DNA of 63,117 nt, counting the filler, from Folioceros fuciformis (lineage: Eukaryota): assembly GCA_049999805.1 (NCBI GenBank). It is 6 parts of 6 records of this genome, joined end to end, with 100 filler letters (N's around TTAATTAATTAA, not from the genome) between each part and the next. Parts side by side here need not be neighbours in the genome. Positions count along the whole stretch, not along the records: positions 1 to 17,111 come from JBNGIO010004420.1; 5 more parts are not named here. One strand, given 5' to 3'. Below are positions 1 through 13,074 of this stretch, in pieces. The notes beneath the pieces were generated by a model. The model saw nothing but the letters and a program-made list of their open reading frames with translations, was not told the origin of the DNA and made no database searches. The position numbers and the translations under genes were made by a program. Each line of letters begins with the position of its first letter. Within the stretch, counting starts at the first letter, position 1.

Positions 1-10
1 GGGATTAAGG

Positions 11-590
11 ATGCATGAGAGTCTCCGAGGTTTAGATCTAAGGATGTCTAGTAATGTGGCCTATTTCTCGTGGCATGCCCGACATGCGTGGTGCAGGCTT
101 TACAGTGGGGATACAAAGTCTAAGTGGCGCTAAGAAAGCACGCATCAGTGAATGTATCATTCTTCTTTTTTCATGCCCGGGGAAGAGGAGGGATGTGAGG
201 ACTTGTGTGTAGCGGGTGTGCGCAAGCGCAGTTCCTTGTGTGCATACAAAGGAGGGGGATACAGAGAGAGCCGGCGGCGGTGTGGGATAAGCACTTGGAG
301 AGGTCCAGTCTTCCTTCATCATCAACCTCTCAGGCAACTGAGACACCGTCTTCCAAATCGGTGTCGAATCCTTGAGACAAGGTCGTAACTCTCCCAAGCC
401 TGTACAGTGGAGAGGGTTGCAGCGGTGTCAGGATGTACATTTTTGTATATTAGGCTTCCTAGAGGCATCCAATACTGGATGTTAGTTCAGAGTGGTCTCC
501 GTCTGTCTTTACGCAACTAGACTCCTATCGAAGGAAACTACGGTTTACTTCGCTCTCGTGTGTCATAAATAAGGCGTGGGGATGTTTCCC
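11..590 (+). repeat. Copy 1 of a ~0.6 kb duplicated segment (other copy is the 3' flank of the DRM1 gene at ~5768-6362)
   Basis: Long near-identical blocks shared with 5768-6362, e.g. gtaatgtggcctatttctcgtgg and aagtctaagtggcgctaagaaagcacgcatcagtgaatgtatcattcttc. Confidence 0.9.
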
Positions 591-3379
591 CGCCCCTGAA
601 ATATCTGTGTTTTTTCACACACCGGCGCATTCCGAGTTGTGTAGAATCTCACCAACCATGACGTAGATTATTAATTGGCCTTGCGTATCATGCAAGAGTA
701 CGAATGGATGGCAATGCAATAGATATGTACCTTGTTACTGATGCATGTCGGACACAATCACTGTCAAAGAGTACAGCATACGTATGTGCGTAAATAAATA
801 CTTTTATACAAGGGGGTACTGGACAAAGCCCAAATTGTCATCTCATGTGGTCTGGTACGACTAAAGCATGCGACCGACACGCCTCCATCTGCACGCCACC
901 CCCAGAGTCAGGCTCTCAGGCATCTTCGGAGACCAATCCTTGTCCTGTCTTGCCGAGAACTATGCTCAGTCGCGCGCTACGCTACGCTAAGCGTGACTCT
1001 AGGCACCNNNNNNNNNNNNNNNNNNNNNNNNNNNNNNNNNNNNNNNNNNNNNNNNNNNNNNNNNNNNNNNNNNNNNNNNNNNNNNNNNNNNNNNNNNNNN
1101 NNNNNNNCTCTTAAACCCTAAACCCTTCCTGAGATCATGCTTGCATCAGAACCTGTGTCAGCTTTCAAGTGCAAACCATGAAGGCGGTGCAAACCAGCAC
1201 CTACGAATGGATCGGAGGGTTGACCTGGCATATAAGTTCTGTCGTTGCAGGGCTATTGACATGCTGTGCGTAACAAGGTATACAGCCCAGAAAGGCAATT
1301 CCAATGGGTCCCTTGGCACGACCAGCCAGGCCGATGAAAAGAGCAGACTAGTAGTACCCCCACTCGTACTTGCGTGGAGACTCTGAGAATCCAACATAGC
1401 CCCAGAAGGAGGTTAACAGAGCTCCAGCTATTGTGCAGGTTAGAAGCATGTCTGGAAGAGCTGTGCTCCCCCACGCCAGAACCTGCACGCATATTGTGGG
1501 TACGTGAGAACAAGGATATCCCAGAGTGAGAGCACTTCAGGTCTTGTGCAGAAGCTGACCTCCATATTCAGTGCATCCGCGGGTTGCATCCGAACGACTT
1601 CACTGGACTGCCTGCCTGAAGTGCTTCATCTGGTTGTTACCCCGAGGGACGGCCTGATTGCAAATTCCATTCCGTGCAGAGCTCCCTTTGCCTTTGCAAC
1701 TGACACAGTTCACAAGAGGTGGGGAAGAATTTCAAAACTTCTCTTTGGACCAGGAACTTGTTTTCTTGCTTGGAACAGGTTCTACAAGTTCTTACAAGTT
1801 CTTTTCGAAGCCGTTCAAAATCATGGAGCACTGAAGCTAAGTAGCCCGGTGCTCGTCCATGTCTCGGTCAGATGAACAAGCAAACAACCAAGTCAAGCAC
1901 TTCATCATGCTCATTCTGAGCCATCGTTGTAAGAACGACTACATCAGGATGCTCTCCGGTGATGAGAAGAAAGATGCCATTTGAGGGTGGCTTTCCAGAT
2001 TTTGTTACCAGCAGGTTGCCTTGCAGATTCATAGTAACAGGGAAAGGGACGGGAAATCTGTCCCAAACTGGTGCCTGAGCTTGAGGCGTTCAACAACTAT
2101 TCAGAACTGTCAGACAGCTGAAATTTAAAGCGGCTGTTAATCTGCTGTTGAGCTGATGTGCTTTTTCACTCCATCTCGATGCTGGCCTAGTAAGCCAACA
2201 TCGGGAAGCTGGCTTGCCCGGCCTCAGGCAAGAGTTCGACAGGCCCAGCCGATTGCTTCACGGACCTGAACGAATTGGGACGACTGTTGGAGATTGCTTC
2301 TTCTAAGCCTATCCTGGCCAGTCCCCAATGTTCACAGCGCTACCGTGGAATGTGACCCAAACTACTACTGTAGCCGCGGCGTGATCGCCCTAATCTTGTG
2401 CAATAGGTTCCACCAACGCAACAGATTCACGACTCAGCTAGTAGCAGCTACCTGAAAGCAGAGTAGAGAACCAGTCTCCTCCTCCCACTGGCTGCGGAGC
2501 ACGAATGACGGATGCGTTTAATTCACGATACCGTCTTGACGAGCAGCTTCGTGAGGATCACATCAAAGGGAAAGAATTCGTATCCTGGTCGATACTGCTT
2601 TCCCCTGGTAGCAGCGATCACCCCTGTTTCTAATGAGCGCCATCACCTGACCAAATTCCATCTCCAGAAGCAAACCTGCTGGGACACGCGCGATGTTGGC
2701 GTCATTCTCCGAAGAGTGCAACGAACTGTTGACCCACCAGGCACGTAAGGGCCGCCCAGACAAATGGGTAGAAGGTCGTTGGAGGCGGGAAAGGGATGCG
2801 TGCATGATAGACTGACTTCCGGTTTGGTATTGATTTGCAAGGCACAGCCCCGAAGGAGTGCCTTTCCAGAAATTCTCAGGGGCCCCGGAAGGCCCAAGAG
2901 GGGGGTTGGAAAAAGTTTTCAACCAGCAATTGACGCGTCTCGGTATGACCTCACGAACTGCGTCATTGCCCCAAGCGCAAAGATACTGAACAAATAATCG
3001 GGCTTGTTCATATAGTGCCTGGCCGGTTCACGTCTTTCCTGGTCAAATATGGGTTTATTCCAAGGACCATATCCCATTATCGGTGTTCCTGCCGATGCGA
3101 CGGGGCGGGGTGGAGGGAAGGTACTCAGTCCAGAGGTGTGATGCTGCGTGCTGTTTCCTCGTCCGCCTTGTGGCAGCCGGTTATAGGACTCGCTTGGATT
3201 CGTGGTGGGTCTGGCAGGAAATGGAGGAGTCTGCAGGACAATGCTCCCTTCCTCGCACCACCGTCTTTCTCTTGTCAGGAAGGTTGCTGGTAGTGGAAGG
3301 CGAGCTTGTGCAGATGCTGAGACCCTCCTGGGGCTTGCACGAAGAGAGCAAATGCAAGTTGGAACTTGACAAGTGTGCT

Positions 3380-3965
3380 TGTTCTTGCCATGGGCAGCAT
3401 ACAGGACGAGATTGTGAAACGGTAGTGGAAATGGTGAAGAGCTCAAAGACTGTCCAGCCTGAGGACATAGCGGTTGCTGATTCTGTGACATTTGTGTGCC
3501 TCCTCCAGGCATGTGCAAGTGTGGGTTCCCCAGCTTTGGAGAAGTGAATGCAGATTCATGCACGGATTAGGGAATTAGGGTATGAATCTGATCATTTCCT
3601 AGCCAACTCTCTAATTAGCATATATGCCAAGTGTGGCAGCCTACAGGATGCTCAGAGGGTGTTTGATGCACTCGGTCAAAAAGATGATGTGTCGTGGAAT
3701 GCCAAGACAGCAGCATGTTCTCGACAGGGCATGGGTTGGAAGCACTTCACCTCTACAGCGTTATGCAAGCAGAAGGCAAAGCTGAACCAGATTCTGTAAC
3801 ATTTGTATGTCTGCTGCAGGCAGTGCAAGTGTGGGGTCTCCAGGTTTGGAGATGGGGAAGCAGCATTACGCGCAATTCAGTAGAACTAGATATCAATTGT
3901 AGAAGGCAGTCTGGTAAACATGTATGGAAAATGTGGCAGCCTCCAGGAGGCCCACAGAATTTTCC
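3380..3965 (+). pseudogene. Degenerate PLS-class PPR gene fragment
   Basis: PPR motifs split across frames by stops and frameshifts: ADSVTFVCLLQACASVG, QIHARIRELGYESD, LANSLISIYAKCGSLQDAQRVFD, PDSVTFVCLLQA, SLVNMYGKCGSL. Boundaries approximate. Confidence 0.85.
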
Positions 3966-4599
3966 ATTGGTTTTCGAAGCGCGTGGAAGCTCGAACCAGA
4001 GGATCTACCCTCTTAACGCCGCCCTGGTCCAAAACTACAACGTAATTGCAATAACCTATGTATAAGTGTCCTAGCCCTCTCAAAGAAGATATATGAGTTA
4101 AGGACTCCGGTGGTTGGATCACGGACTGGTCGAGGGTGAGATATTTAGTTTGCAGTTGGCCATTGGGCGGCCGATAAAACCAGCTGTTTGCATAGGAAAG
4201 GCGGATGAAGTGGGGACTGCCTACACAAATCTGGCTTGTATCAGTATCCTTTGCAACACGGTCCCACCCACTGGGAGCAGCGACCCGTGTAAGACGCCAG
4301 TTGAGTCGGGATATATTTTTGCGCGGCCGTCACTATACTGCAAGCTTTCTTTTCCTCCTCGGCCCGTGCATTGCTCGTCGCCTGCGCGCCCTTCAGCTTA
4401 CCCGCTCCTCTCACAATGTTTGTGCCTGTGACGGGAATTGTGATTTGTGTGCCTTGGGGAGGGAGGAATCGCATGTGCGCGGAAACTGCATTTGCAGAGT
4501 TGTGGGAGCTTGGGATTTGGCGGTGTGTGTGAGTCGGTTCGAGTGCTTGTGTCCCGGCTGTGGAGCTGCATTTGGCTAGCTAGCTTCGAGTCTGACGGC

Positions 4600-5629
4600 A
4601 TGGGGCTTCTGGACAAGCTTTGGGATGATACCGTGGCCGGGCCTCAGCCTGAGAAGGGCCTGGGACGGCTGCGGAAGGAGAACTCGATGCGGCTTCCCCC
4701 CGCGGAAGGCGCAGGTGTTGCTTCTGCTCTTTCTTTCACTTTTGTTGCCGTCTTGCTTGCGCGGAAAGGTTCTTGCGGGGTTTTGGCGTGGTGTGGGGGA
4801 CAATTGGCGCTCTTCTGGTCTCGTTTGTTTCGAGAGTTCTTTGGTGTGGAACGGGACGGGAGGTAACGGGAGGCCGTTGTGAGTGCAGAATTGGACGAGA
4901 CCTTCGGGAGAATGATGGATCGGCGGCGTAGTGGAGACTTTCAGTACCAACAGAACGAGGCCCGGCGTGTGACTCAGAGCATTGCGATTGCCAAGCCTCC
5001 GATGCTGCAGACTGCTTTGCTTGAGGAGGGAAGCGGATCTCTTCCTTCCACTCCCCTGTCGCAGAGTCCGGTCTTGTCTTGGTCGTCTCCAAGTAAGCAT
5101 CCGATTCGAAGTGTCTCAACTTGTGTGTCGGGAAGGAGGAAGGTGCACTGGAAGTGAACGGCTTCTTACGTGGTGGCCTACTGCTGCCTTGTGCTGGTGA
5201 GCAGGTCCGAGGGACAGGGAGAACATCTGGCGGAGCGTCTTTCATCCTGGAAGCGACAAGGCTATGGATCGGGTGGGATCTGCCAAGTTCGACAAACACT
5301 CGCCTAACTCTCCTACGGTTTATGACTGGTAAGTGCGCTGATCAAGATCTTGTTGGCGCTCGACTGAGTCTCTTCTTCCCCCTGCTCCACGATGAGGTGC
5401 ATGATTGAGTGAGTTAGTGAGCGAATGAGCCTGGCAAACGTGTTTTGGGACTGGGGAAACAATTGAGTCGGAGCGTGAGCGTGAAGCATTTATCAGTTTT
5501 GGAAGTCTCTTTTCGAAAGCTGCTGCTACTTGAACCCGAAACAATCAAAACCATCATTATGCTAAACCTTTAGGTGCAACCATTGCTGGACTGCATTGCA
5601 GGGTAGTGATCAGTGCCCTGGACAAGTAA
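4600..5629 (+). CDS. DRM1: Dormancy-associated / auxin-repressed protein (DRM1/ARP family); exons 4600-4714, 4889-5092, 5205-5328, 5602-5629
   Basis: Hallmark N-terminus MGLLDKLWDDTVAGPQPEKGLGRLRK; spliced C-terminus ENIWRSVFHPGS...SPNSPTVYDWVVISALDK*; GT-AG junctions keep the frame. Confidence 0.92.
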
Positions 5630-5767
5630 TGGAGCAAGCAGGCCGCTGCGAGCGGCGATCTCATTGTGCCTGTTTGGCGGGCACCGGGTCCTTTTGTCTG
5701 TGTCTCTTTGGTGCCCTCAGTATGGTGCCAGCAGCGGGGGGAGGGAGGGAGGGGGGAAAGGGGTGAA

Positions 5768-6362
5768 GGATGTCATGTGAGTGTACTAGGTTTAGATTTT
5801 AGTATGTCTCGTAATGTGGCCTATTTCTCGTGGGATGCCCGACATGGTGGTGCAGGCTTTACAGTGGATACAAAGTCTAAGTGGCGCTAAGAAAGCACGC
5901 ATCAGTGAATGTATCATTCTTCTTTCTCATGCCCGGGGAAGAGGAGGATTGTTAGGATTTGGTTGTAGAGGGTGTGCGTAAGCGCAGGTCCTTGTGTGCA
6001 TACGATGGAGGGGAAGACAGATTGAAACCGGCGGCAGTGTGGGTTCAGCTCGTGGAAAGGTCCCGTCTTCCTTCATCATCAACAACTCAGGCAACTGAGG
6101 CATTTGTCTTCCAAGTCGGTGTCGGATTCTGGAGGCAAGTTCGTAACTCTCCCAAGCCTCTACAGTGGAGAGGGTTGGAGTGGTGTCTCGATGTACAGTT
6201 TTGTATATTAGGCTTGCTAGAGGTTTCCATCAGTGGATGCCAGTTCAGAGTTTGCTTCGTCTGTCTTTACAAATCTAGACGAACATAGACTCCTTTGGAA
6301 GAAAGCTCCGCGTCACTTAGCTCTGTGTATCATAAATAAATAAGGCGTGGGGGGGTGTTCCG
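5768..6362 (+). repeat. Copy 2 of the ~0.6 kb duplicated segment (DRM1 3' flank)
   Basis: Colinear similarity to 11-590, ending in cataaataa...ggcgtgggg. Confidence 0.9.
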
Positions 6363-7910
6363 CTGTATGGAACTCCGATAGGGACAGTGGCTGGACACAT
6401 GTTTTTTTTCTAAATACTATTTCATATGCGAATATACCTCAAAATCCATTATAGATGCCTGTAATGTACATAGCTACGATACGTATTTTAAATGCGAATA
6501 TACTTTAAAATCTAGTATTGATGCCTGTAATGTACATAGCCACGTCATGGATCTATGCATTAACTATGCATTAAGGTAGTGGAGCGATGGGACCACATAA
6601 GGTTTTTCTTAGGATTCATGCACTACATCAAAATGCTTTTAAGTATACTTTACACATAGGAAACAACCATCGTCGTCCTTGCATCGCCAAGAGTTAAGGT
6701 TTGTTGCGGGCACATCGGATCGAAGGGTAATCAATGAACATCAAGAAGGAGGAGGAGGAGGAGGAGGAGCCCTGCACACTTGACGAGTATGCCTCCTTCC
6801 CTCTAGCCCGAAGGGTTTGAAGGTGGCATGAAATGGGCTGCAAGGTTTGTGCCCATCACCATTGGGACATTATGCACTTTGTATTCGGGATGCTTGCAGA
6901 CTGAATGTAAATCTTAACAGGTGATACTCCCTCACTACAAGGGAATACATGTTTGCTACTATCATACGGCAATTGGCCTCACAAATTTCAAGTTCATGTC
7001 AGCTAGCAGCCTGCGGCAGCTTTTGCCACCACGTAGGGCTTCAACAAAACCCAGCATTTACGACACTTTGAGCCCGTGGACAATCTTCACACCACAAACT
7101 CATTTGCTTGCACACATACAAGATTTCCTTGTCCGGTGCCGTGGTTTGCCGCAACTGCTGTGGTCTTTGGTTCTTGACACATAAGCCGCACATACACAAA
7201 TGTCACTACTTAGAGGTCAGGGATCTCTACCAATACCTAACACTTTCTCAGGAATTAAACAACTGCACTTACCTTCATAATGCTCATCATAGGAGGTGTT
7301 GTTTTCCAAGTTAGCCCATCAAAACCTCCTGCACTAAGCATAGTTACCAATGTTTTGCACTGTTCACTGAAGCTTCCTTGCCTTCTATTCAACTCCAACT
7401 CCTCCTCGGGTTTAGGGTTGATGGATTTACTAGCTTTGCATAGCCTTCATTGTCTTCATGCAAACCATCCATTTGCGTTTATTGGTATAGCAATCTACCG
7501 TTCACACTAAGGCACTTGTAACAAAGGCACGAGAGAAGCGAACATGCTTGAACTGCATAAGCATGCAAAGTGGATGTTCCGAGTAACAAGAAATGTCGAA
7601 GTTGCTTTGCTTTCATATTAGGTGCCTTCATTTTCATCATCCCCGCCTCCTACACACATTCTGCCTATCCACAAACAACCATGTGCAGTCCTCAATGAAC
7701 AACCGCTTCATAGGCTGCGAGCATGAAAGCTTGAACTATTGAAGGCATGAGGCAGACAAGTCACCTCGCACAACTACTGCAGTAATCGAACAAGAAGCAG
7801 AGCCGCACTCACAAGCCACTTAGTCTGGAAATAAGATAGATCATAAGCTTTGACATCAAGGGACAATCCTCGGCTCACTAATCAAACATCAAAAACATTG
7901 CAAAACCCAT

Positions 7911-8087
7911 GAGTAAAAGTAGATAGGTTATCTAAGTAGCCTAGCATTATAGAATTATTACATAAAACAATAATTAAATTAAGGGCGTTATGGATCACAA
8001 GATCCATAACGCTAGATGTAAAGGGACGCGAACCGTGCCTTAACAAACTAACTCACGGGACATGAAAAGGGACACATAGATAGGGTG
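7911..8087 (+). repeat. LTR-like direct repeat, left copy
   Basis: Near-identical to 16935-17111; followed at 8167 by a tRNA-Met primer binding site. Confidence 0.8.
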
Positions 8088-8166
8088 CCCCAACAAACAT
8101 AGATTTCTTTTTTGATTCCCTCGCGGATCCTCTCCTTCCTCCCTCTCGATCCTGTGCAAAGCTTCA

Positions 8167-8180
8167 TGGTATCATAGCCA
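8167..8180 (+). promoter_or_regulatory. Retrotransposon primer binding site (tRNA-iMet type)
   Basis: ...ca|tggtatcatagcca matches the TGGTATCAGAGC consensus with one mismatch, directly after a CA dinucleotide and upstream of gag. Confidence 0.8.
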
Positions 8181-11100
8181 TGACTGATCCAATGACACCG
8201 CCCGCTCCCTCCAGCATGTGCGCAACCTGTTACAACGTGAATTGTATCCGAAATCTTTCCCGAGATCAGTTCCTATAGCATTTTGCACCAGAGGGCGCAC
8301 TTGCAAGATTTGGGAGCATGGCGGAGGATTTCCTTGCTGCTGCTGTTGAGCACTACAACGCCTAACGCCTTTCAGCATGCCGCAACCAAGAGGAAGGGGC
8401 AATCGCCTCCTACCAGACCTTTGTTATGAGCCAAAACAGTCCCATACACGCTGTCGCAGCTGCCTCTGGCCAGATAGCGACCATCACCTTGGAGGAGGTG
8501 ATTGGTGCGCTATTCCAGGAAGAGCAGAGTCGCACCTTCTCATCCCCCTTCAGAAACAAGGGAGCAACCTTCCGCAAGGGAAGAACTAGATCTAGAAGCA
8601 AAGCAATGCAAGGACACAGGGGGAAACCTTCAAGCCCTGTCAAGAGACCTGGCAACTGCAATTGGGGTGGCCTTCCCGGCCACTGGGCCAAAGAATGCCG
8701 GAAAAGAAGGGCCGGTGAGCCCTCCAGGTAGCAAAAGCCAGCTGCAAACGTGGCCGTGAGGCAGAACAAACCAGGGGACTCAAAGGCCCCCATGAAGATA
8801 CTGACAATCTGCCTGTCCAGCACTCTTAGCGACGACAGCTGCTGGTACCTCAACTCCGAGGCAACGACCCATATCTGCAAGAAAAGGGAACTCTTTAATA
8901 CCCTTGACCTAACACAAACAGGTGACCAGGTACTTCTTGTAGATGAGCAGAGCAAGACAAGTCTGCGCATTGAGGGCAAGGGTACCTGTGTCTTGAGCCT
9001 CCATGATGGCACTAAACTAACCTTGACAGACGTCATCTATGTCCCAGGCATGGCCAAGAACCTTATGTCCATGGGCCAGCTCATGAGACAGCGGGTCTTC
9101 TTCATGCACGCAGACTTTAAGCACTGTTGCTTCTACAGGCAATCATCTCCCCACATATGTACATTTGAGGGACTGCCCGAGAGCAACCTGTATAGGCTTA
9201 ACATCACATGTTCCAGCTCAGACTCGCACTTGGAGGCCGTCCACTCAACTACAAGTCCTAACCTAAGTCAGGCACAGCAGGCCTGCTATGGCATGTCCGC
9301 CTTGGACATGTCAATAGGTCGAAGCTGATTAACATGTCAGCCCTAAAGTGCCACCGAGAACTTCTACCCAAATGCTTCAAGCAATTACCTGTGTGCGAAT
9401 CACGCATCCTCGCCAAGCAGAAGGAGCTACCATTTCCTGACTCACCTGCACAGAGGGCCACCCAAGTCCTTGAGCTAGTCCATGCAGACATATGTGGCAA
9501 AGTTCATGAGCCCTCCCTTAGAGGTGCTCATTACTTCCTAACAGTCACTGATGACTACAACCGCTACACATGGACCTACCCCATGCAGCTGAAAAGTGAC
9601 ACCTATGCCTGCTTCAAGGAATGGCTTACCATAGCCCAGAGGCAATCAGGACAGCTCCTGAAGACCCTCAGAACTGATAACAGCACTGAATTTGTCAACT
9701 CATCCTTTAATGACCTCTTGCAGGCTTCAGGAATCCTGCGCCAACTTACAATGCCCCACACACCTCAACAGAACGGTGTGTCTGAACGCAAGAACCAAAC
9801 CCTGCTTTCAATGACAAGAAGCATGCTCTTATCATGCTCCTATGCTCTTTTGGAAAACTTAGCACAGGGCTATTGGGCCGAGGCCATAGTGGCGGCGACC
9901 TACATCCTCAATCGTGTCATTACCAGTATTGTCCCGACCATGACTCCTTTTGAGGTATTCTGGAACAAGAAGCCTAACCTTCTGCACCTCCGAGTCTTTG
10001 GATCCCGCGCCTATGCCCATATCCCTGTAGACAAAAGACACAAGTTGGACAACCACTTAGAGGCACTTATCCTGGTCGGCTGCAGCGAGCACTCCAAGGC
10101 ATACAAGTTATATAACCCTAATGCTGACATCGTTGTGCTTGCAAGGAGTGTTACCTTTATAGAGCCTTGTACTCCCGCCTAAGAGGAACCTCCTCCAATG
10201 GCCCCAATCTAGCCAAGTGACCTACCCTCTGTCTTCCCCGCTGACGACGACGAACCTGCACAGGCAGCACCACTTCCTGATACGACACCACCTAATGACA
10301 TCCCTGCTGATCCCACTGCCTTAGCCCCTGCTGCAGCCCGGAATCAACCTGTCTTGGATGTAGAGGGGAAATTGGGGACAGCTGACCTGGGGATGGTTGT
10401 CGAATCAGCTGACCCTCCTGAGCCTCCAACACAGGTTGCCTCTGAGCTTGCGCCCGAGCCTGACCTCCTGCGCCACCCCATGCGCCATAGACCTCCCCCA
10501 TCTGAATGGAGGGAGCCACCTTATGCTTCCACTGACTTCAGAACACATGCCGTCCCTCGGCTCAACCCAGGCCCTCTCCTACCTGTAGAGCCCACCACAC
10601 TCACTCAGGCACTCAGTAGCCCCGAGTGCAAGCAGTGGCGGTCAGTAGTTGAGGACGAATACAAATCTATGGTCAAGAATAATACCTGGACCCTCGTTGA
10701 CCTCCCACCTGGCAGGAAGGCTATATCCTACAAGTGGACATTCAAACTCAAGCTGAATTCCAAGGGAGAAGTTGCCAGATTCAAAGCACGATTAGTGGCC
10801 AGGGGGTTCACTCAGGTGGAGGGGCTGGACTACCAAGAAACTTTCTCACCTGTAGTTTGAAGCCAGTCCATCTGCCTTATCCTTGCCTATGCCACAAAAT
10901 TTGACCTGGACCTCCAGCAAATGGATGTATGCACAGCCTTCCTCTATGGGGCCCTCGACGAGGAACTATACATGCTCCAGCCCGAAGGTCACCAAGACCC
11001 TACACACCCACACAAAGTGTTAAGCTACTGAAATGTATCTACGGGCTGAAACATAGTGGGAGAGTATGGTACCTCCCTATGCACGAGTACCTGCTGAGCA

Positions 11101-12845
11101 TTAACTTCACTCAGAATGCTGCAGACACCAGCGTGTACAGGCTGGCAGCAGGATCCTTTGTTGTACTCCTCGCCTTGTACCTGGATGACCTGATACTTGC
11201 CACAAACGACCACAACCTGTTAGCAGAAGTGAAGACACAGCTACACAAGAGGTTCGACATGAAGGACATAGGAGAATTGAAATATTACCTGGGCATCCAA
11301 CTCCTACGCGCACGAGATGGTGGAATCATGTACATCCATCAAAGCAAGTACATCAACGAGATCCTTCTGAAGTTCCATCTTGATCAGCCAGACCCACCAC
11401 CACTCCATATGCGGTGGGCAACAAGCTGACCCACCAACAGAGCCCACAGACGCCTAATGAGCTGAAAGACATAGAAGGCGTACCCTACAGGCATGCTGTC
11501 GGCAGTCTGATCTTCATCGCTAATTGGACCAGGCCTAACATACAGTACTCAATTAGTACTGTATCACAGTTCCTAGACTGCCCTGGGAGAGCGCACTGGA
11601 CAGCAGTGAAAAAGATTTTTTGCTACCTCAAGGGCACAGCACACTACGGCCTAATGTACCAAAGAAGCGGAAAACAACAGCTCAACTTATCTAGCTATTC
11701 AGACGCGGACTGGGCGTCCGACTCCGACTCCAGACGCAGCAACTCACCCTACTGCTTCTCGCTTGCATCTGCAGCTGTCACCTGGAGCAGCAAGAAACAG
11801 GTCACCATTGCTCTCAGCTCCACTCAAGCCGAATACAAGTCACTAACGGAAGCAGCTACAGAGGCAGAATGGGAGAGAGGGTTTCTTTCTGATCTTGGCC
11901 ACTCGCAGATCGACCCGACTCCCATCCTATGCGACAACACCTCAACCCTGGAGCTAGTAGCGAGGCCGACTTTCCATGCCAGAACAAAACATATAGAGAT
12001 ACAACACCACTACATACGAGATGTGGTGTCCAGAGGTATCATCAAGGTCAGCTACACTAGCATGGAGGCAAACACGCGAACATATTCACGAAAGGCTTGC
12101 CAAAGCACGACCACTATCTGCACATGAGAGGGCTAGGCCTAGGCGACTTCTCCGCATATCTTGAACCCTAACAATATATGGCTACTGAGAGGGGGAAGCT
12201 CAGGACGCCGCCTGCTGGTCAGCTCCCGCACTGAACACACATGCCTCCCTTTCACCGGCCAAGGCAATGCAACCCTGGCACCTGCCCACTGTGAAACAAC
12301 GACATCATCATGTCACAAGAAGCCAGGGGACAAGCAAAACACCAACACAACCATCCACATACCAGGTGAACGAAGCCGCAGCACCAACACAATCGGCTCA
12401 AGTATACATCAGCAAGGCCCCTCAGGCTACAGCCCACCAGTCTGCGAGGGAAGGAACTACGTCATAGCCCGAGCACACCCACACAGGCACTACAACACTG
12501 CGCGCCTCACATCGACCCTCACGATCGCGACCCATGAGCTTCGAAAGGCACACGTCCACACGACAACTTTGGCCGAGCAATTGCCACGCTACCTTGGCAC
12601 CATCCCGCAGTACCAGCTGCACACCGCAGGCGCCACACGGCCGCAAGTCCCCAGCAACAACCTCGTCCACAATCGCCCACAAGTCAAATCATCCAAGACG
12701 GCACACAAGCGCTCCCATCCGCTGCTGAGCACTCTCAGCCCCGCATTCGAAGAATGAGGCGGCGCCTCCCTTGCACCCAGGTCACTTTGAGTACGGCGGC
12801 GCCTGCCCTAAACCTAGAGCCGTTAGCATCTGGTTTAAGAGGGGG
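8181..12845 (+). mobile_element. Decayed Ty1/copia LTR retrotransposon internal region 1 (gag-PR-INT-RT-RNase H)
   Basis: Degenerate zinc knuckle CNWGGLPGHWAKEC, protease-like WYLNSEATTHIC, integrase LELVHADICG/LRTDN/TPQQNGVSERKN, RT ARFKARLVARGFTQ and LYLDD, RNase H YSDADWA...ARTKHIEIQHHYIRD; several stops and frameshifts; PPT-like ttaagaggggg followed by TG at ~12835-12847. Confidence 0.95.
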
Positions 12846-13074
12846 TGTTAAAGCACATATAGTGCCCCTAATTATATTTAGGCTAATATATGGGGTAAAC
12901 CCAAACGAAACGTCACGACCCTATAGAGTAAGTTAGGTAGACAGGATAATTAATATTTAAGTCTGGACGTTGATGGAGACAACTTTATTATTCAATTACA
13001 AATACACAGGAGAATCGCTCTGAGAATCGCTACGCTCCCTAATCACTTTGTTCTCAGTCAGCAATTAGAGTTCG

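Noticed and set aside
1113-1126. Telomere-like aaaccct repeats (also ~59804 and ~61626)
   Set aside because: Only two to three units each; common interstitial telo-box-like sequence, not a chromosome end.
12161-12757. 198-aa ORF after RNase H as an env-like extra gene
   Set aside because: Non-ATG start, compositionally biased T/H/S-rich translation and no TM or known motif; probably 3' non-coding sequence.
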